DNA of 64,000 nucleotides from a virus (Duplodnaviria; Caudoviricetes): IMG/VR virus record IMGVR_UViG_3300020148_000032; one strand, 5' to 3'. Shown piece by piece: positions 62,988 to 64,000 of this stretch (position 1 is its first letter; each line of letters starts with the position of its first letter). The notes under the pieces were generated by a model. It saw only the letters and a program-made list of their open reading frames with translations, ran no database searches and was not told where the DNA came from. The position numbers and the translations under genes were made by a program.

Positions 62988-63893
62988 TTATAGAAGAGTT
63001 TTTGCTACACCTAAAGGTATTGTATCGAATTCTCGCCTTTTTGATAACTTAACAATCGAGTGATAATCGATTTCTCTCACTTCATCGTTAGGGTCTACCT
63101 CCGAAAATAAGAAAAAGATCTCCCTAATTTTATCTTCGGCATAAAATTGCAAAAGGTACTTGTAAAGTATAATATTCTCAAGAGTTATAAGAAAACGATT
63201 TTCTTTAAAATGGCTTCTATTTGAATCAATACTTTTCAAATGAGCGCACTCTTTCATTTCTTCAAAAGTCATATATTTCCAATATAATGAATCCTCTTTA
63301 AAAGTTAAGTCTTTATTTTTTAAATAGAATTCTAAAACATCAGAATTATTACTCTTAACAATATTCTTATAGGTTCTTAAGAAAATAATTTTCTTAAAAT
63401 CTTTTAAAGAATACTCTTTAAAGAGAATTATCAAAATTGAGGAAAGATAAAAGCCTATTGAAAAACCATCTTCAATCACAATATTCTTTGTTTTGAAGTA
63501 CTGGTCAAGTATTTCCTCTTTAGGTTTTTTAGAGAATTCTTTTAAAGAAACCTCATCATTATTATTAATGATCCAATAAAAGAATAACTCTGTATCTTCA
63601 TTAGATAAATGTCGAAGTGAGCTTAAATTATAAGCAAAAACTTTTGTATATTTTTCTTTATTTTTAAGAGCAAGAGATAAAAAATACCTATTTTTACAAA
63701 TAGTATTTAAAAAATCAAAATTATTCTTAATACAAGAGTAATGAAGCAATATAAATAAGGTCTTTAAAGAAACTATTTTATTATTCTCAATATATTTTAA
63801 AAAGTTATTCAAAACTTTAGTGTAATAGTTTATATTTCCTACAGTAAAAGATTGCTCATTTTCTAAAGAAGAGAATTCTTTAGATAAAAGCAT
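62988..63893 (-). CDS. Hypothetical AT-rich protein (may extend upstream beyond the window)
   Basis: 301-aa ORF at the window edge. Confidence 0.6.
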   Translation of the reverse strand: MLLSKEFSSLENEQSFTVGNINYYTKVLNNFLKYIENNKIVSLKTLFILLHYSCIKNNFDFLNTICKNRYFLSLALKNKEKYTKVFAYNLSSLRHLSNEDTELFFYWIINNNDEVSLKEFSKKPKEEILDQYFKTKNIVIEDGFSIGFYLSSILIILFKEYSLKDFKKIIFLRTYKNIVKSNNSDVLEFYLKNKDLTFKEDSLYWKYMTFEEMKECAHLKSIDSNRSHFKENRFLITLENIILYKYLLQFYAEDKIREIFFLFSEVDPNDEVREIDYHSIVKLSKRREFDTIPLGVAKTLL

Positions 63894-64000
63894 TTTAGCG
63901 AAAACTTCATAATTTTCTTTATACTTTACAAGCGTTCTTTCCTTTGTATTCAGAAAAATGAATGTAATGCGCTTTTCTTTATAAAACCTTTTCCCAGAAA

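Noticed and set aside
1-64000. tRNA/rRNA genes, introns, inteins, stop-codon recoding
   Set aside because: No cloverleaf-like intergenic sequence noticed; RecA, DnaB and ClpB are uninterrupted; long ORFs tile well under the standard code

Overview
This is an AT-rich, gene-dense window, coded mostly on the minus strand. It looks like part of a very large mobile replicon (jumbo phage or giant plasmid-like element) with an actinobacterial gene flavour: NucS, a PASTA-domain class A PBP, a SipW-type signal peptide and PflA. No ribosomal, tRNA, capsid, terminase or conjugation genes were recognised, so phage versus plasmid cannot be decided here. The left part (1-36 kb) holds replication/repair genes (recG, dnaN, dnaB, DnaC-like loader, recA, nucS), a Clp-like ATPase, two MoxR/VWA pairs, two RNA ligases and an RCC1-repeat surface protein. 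It also holds a probable DNA-glycosylation system: rfbF and rfbG, an RmlC-like epimerase, an SDR, a ParB-N protein, a TAGT-type glycosyltransferase and an HNH nuclease. The main finding lies at 31-61 kb. Seventeen ORFs (two truncated or frameshifted) begin with the same ~40-aa His-Cys-Cys-His leader (YHINPxTGxPGxCxAxxxxCPFGxxxxHYxSKEEAxxAYE). The leader is fused to unrelated cargoes: RNA ligase, two restriction-like nucleases, a kinase, a nucleotidyltransferase, LPD29-like, GDPCY and Zn-ribbon/OB domains. Most of these genes also share a TTAGAAAA element at a conserved distance upstream. I infer a co-regulated, leader-tagged effector arsenal, possibly for virion packaging or delivery. All family assignments come from motif recognition by eye, with no database searches.
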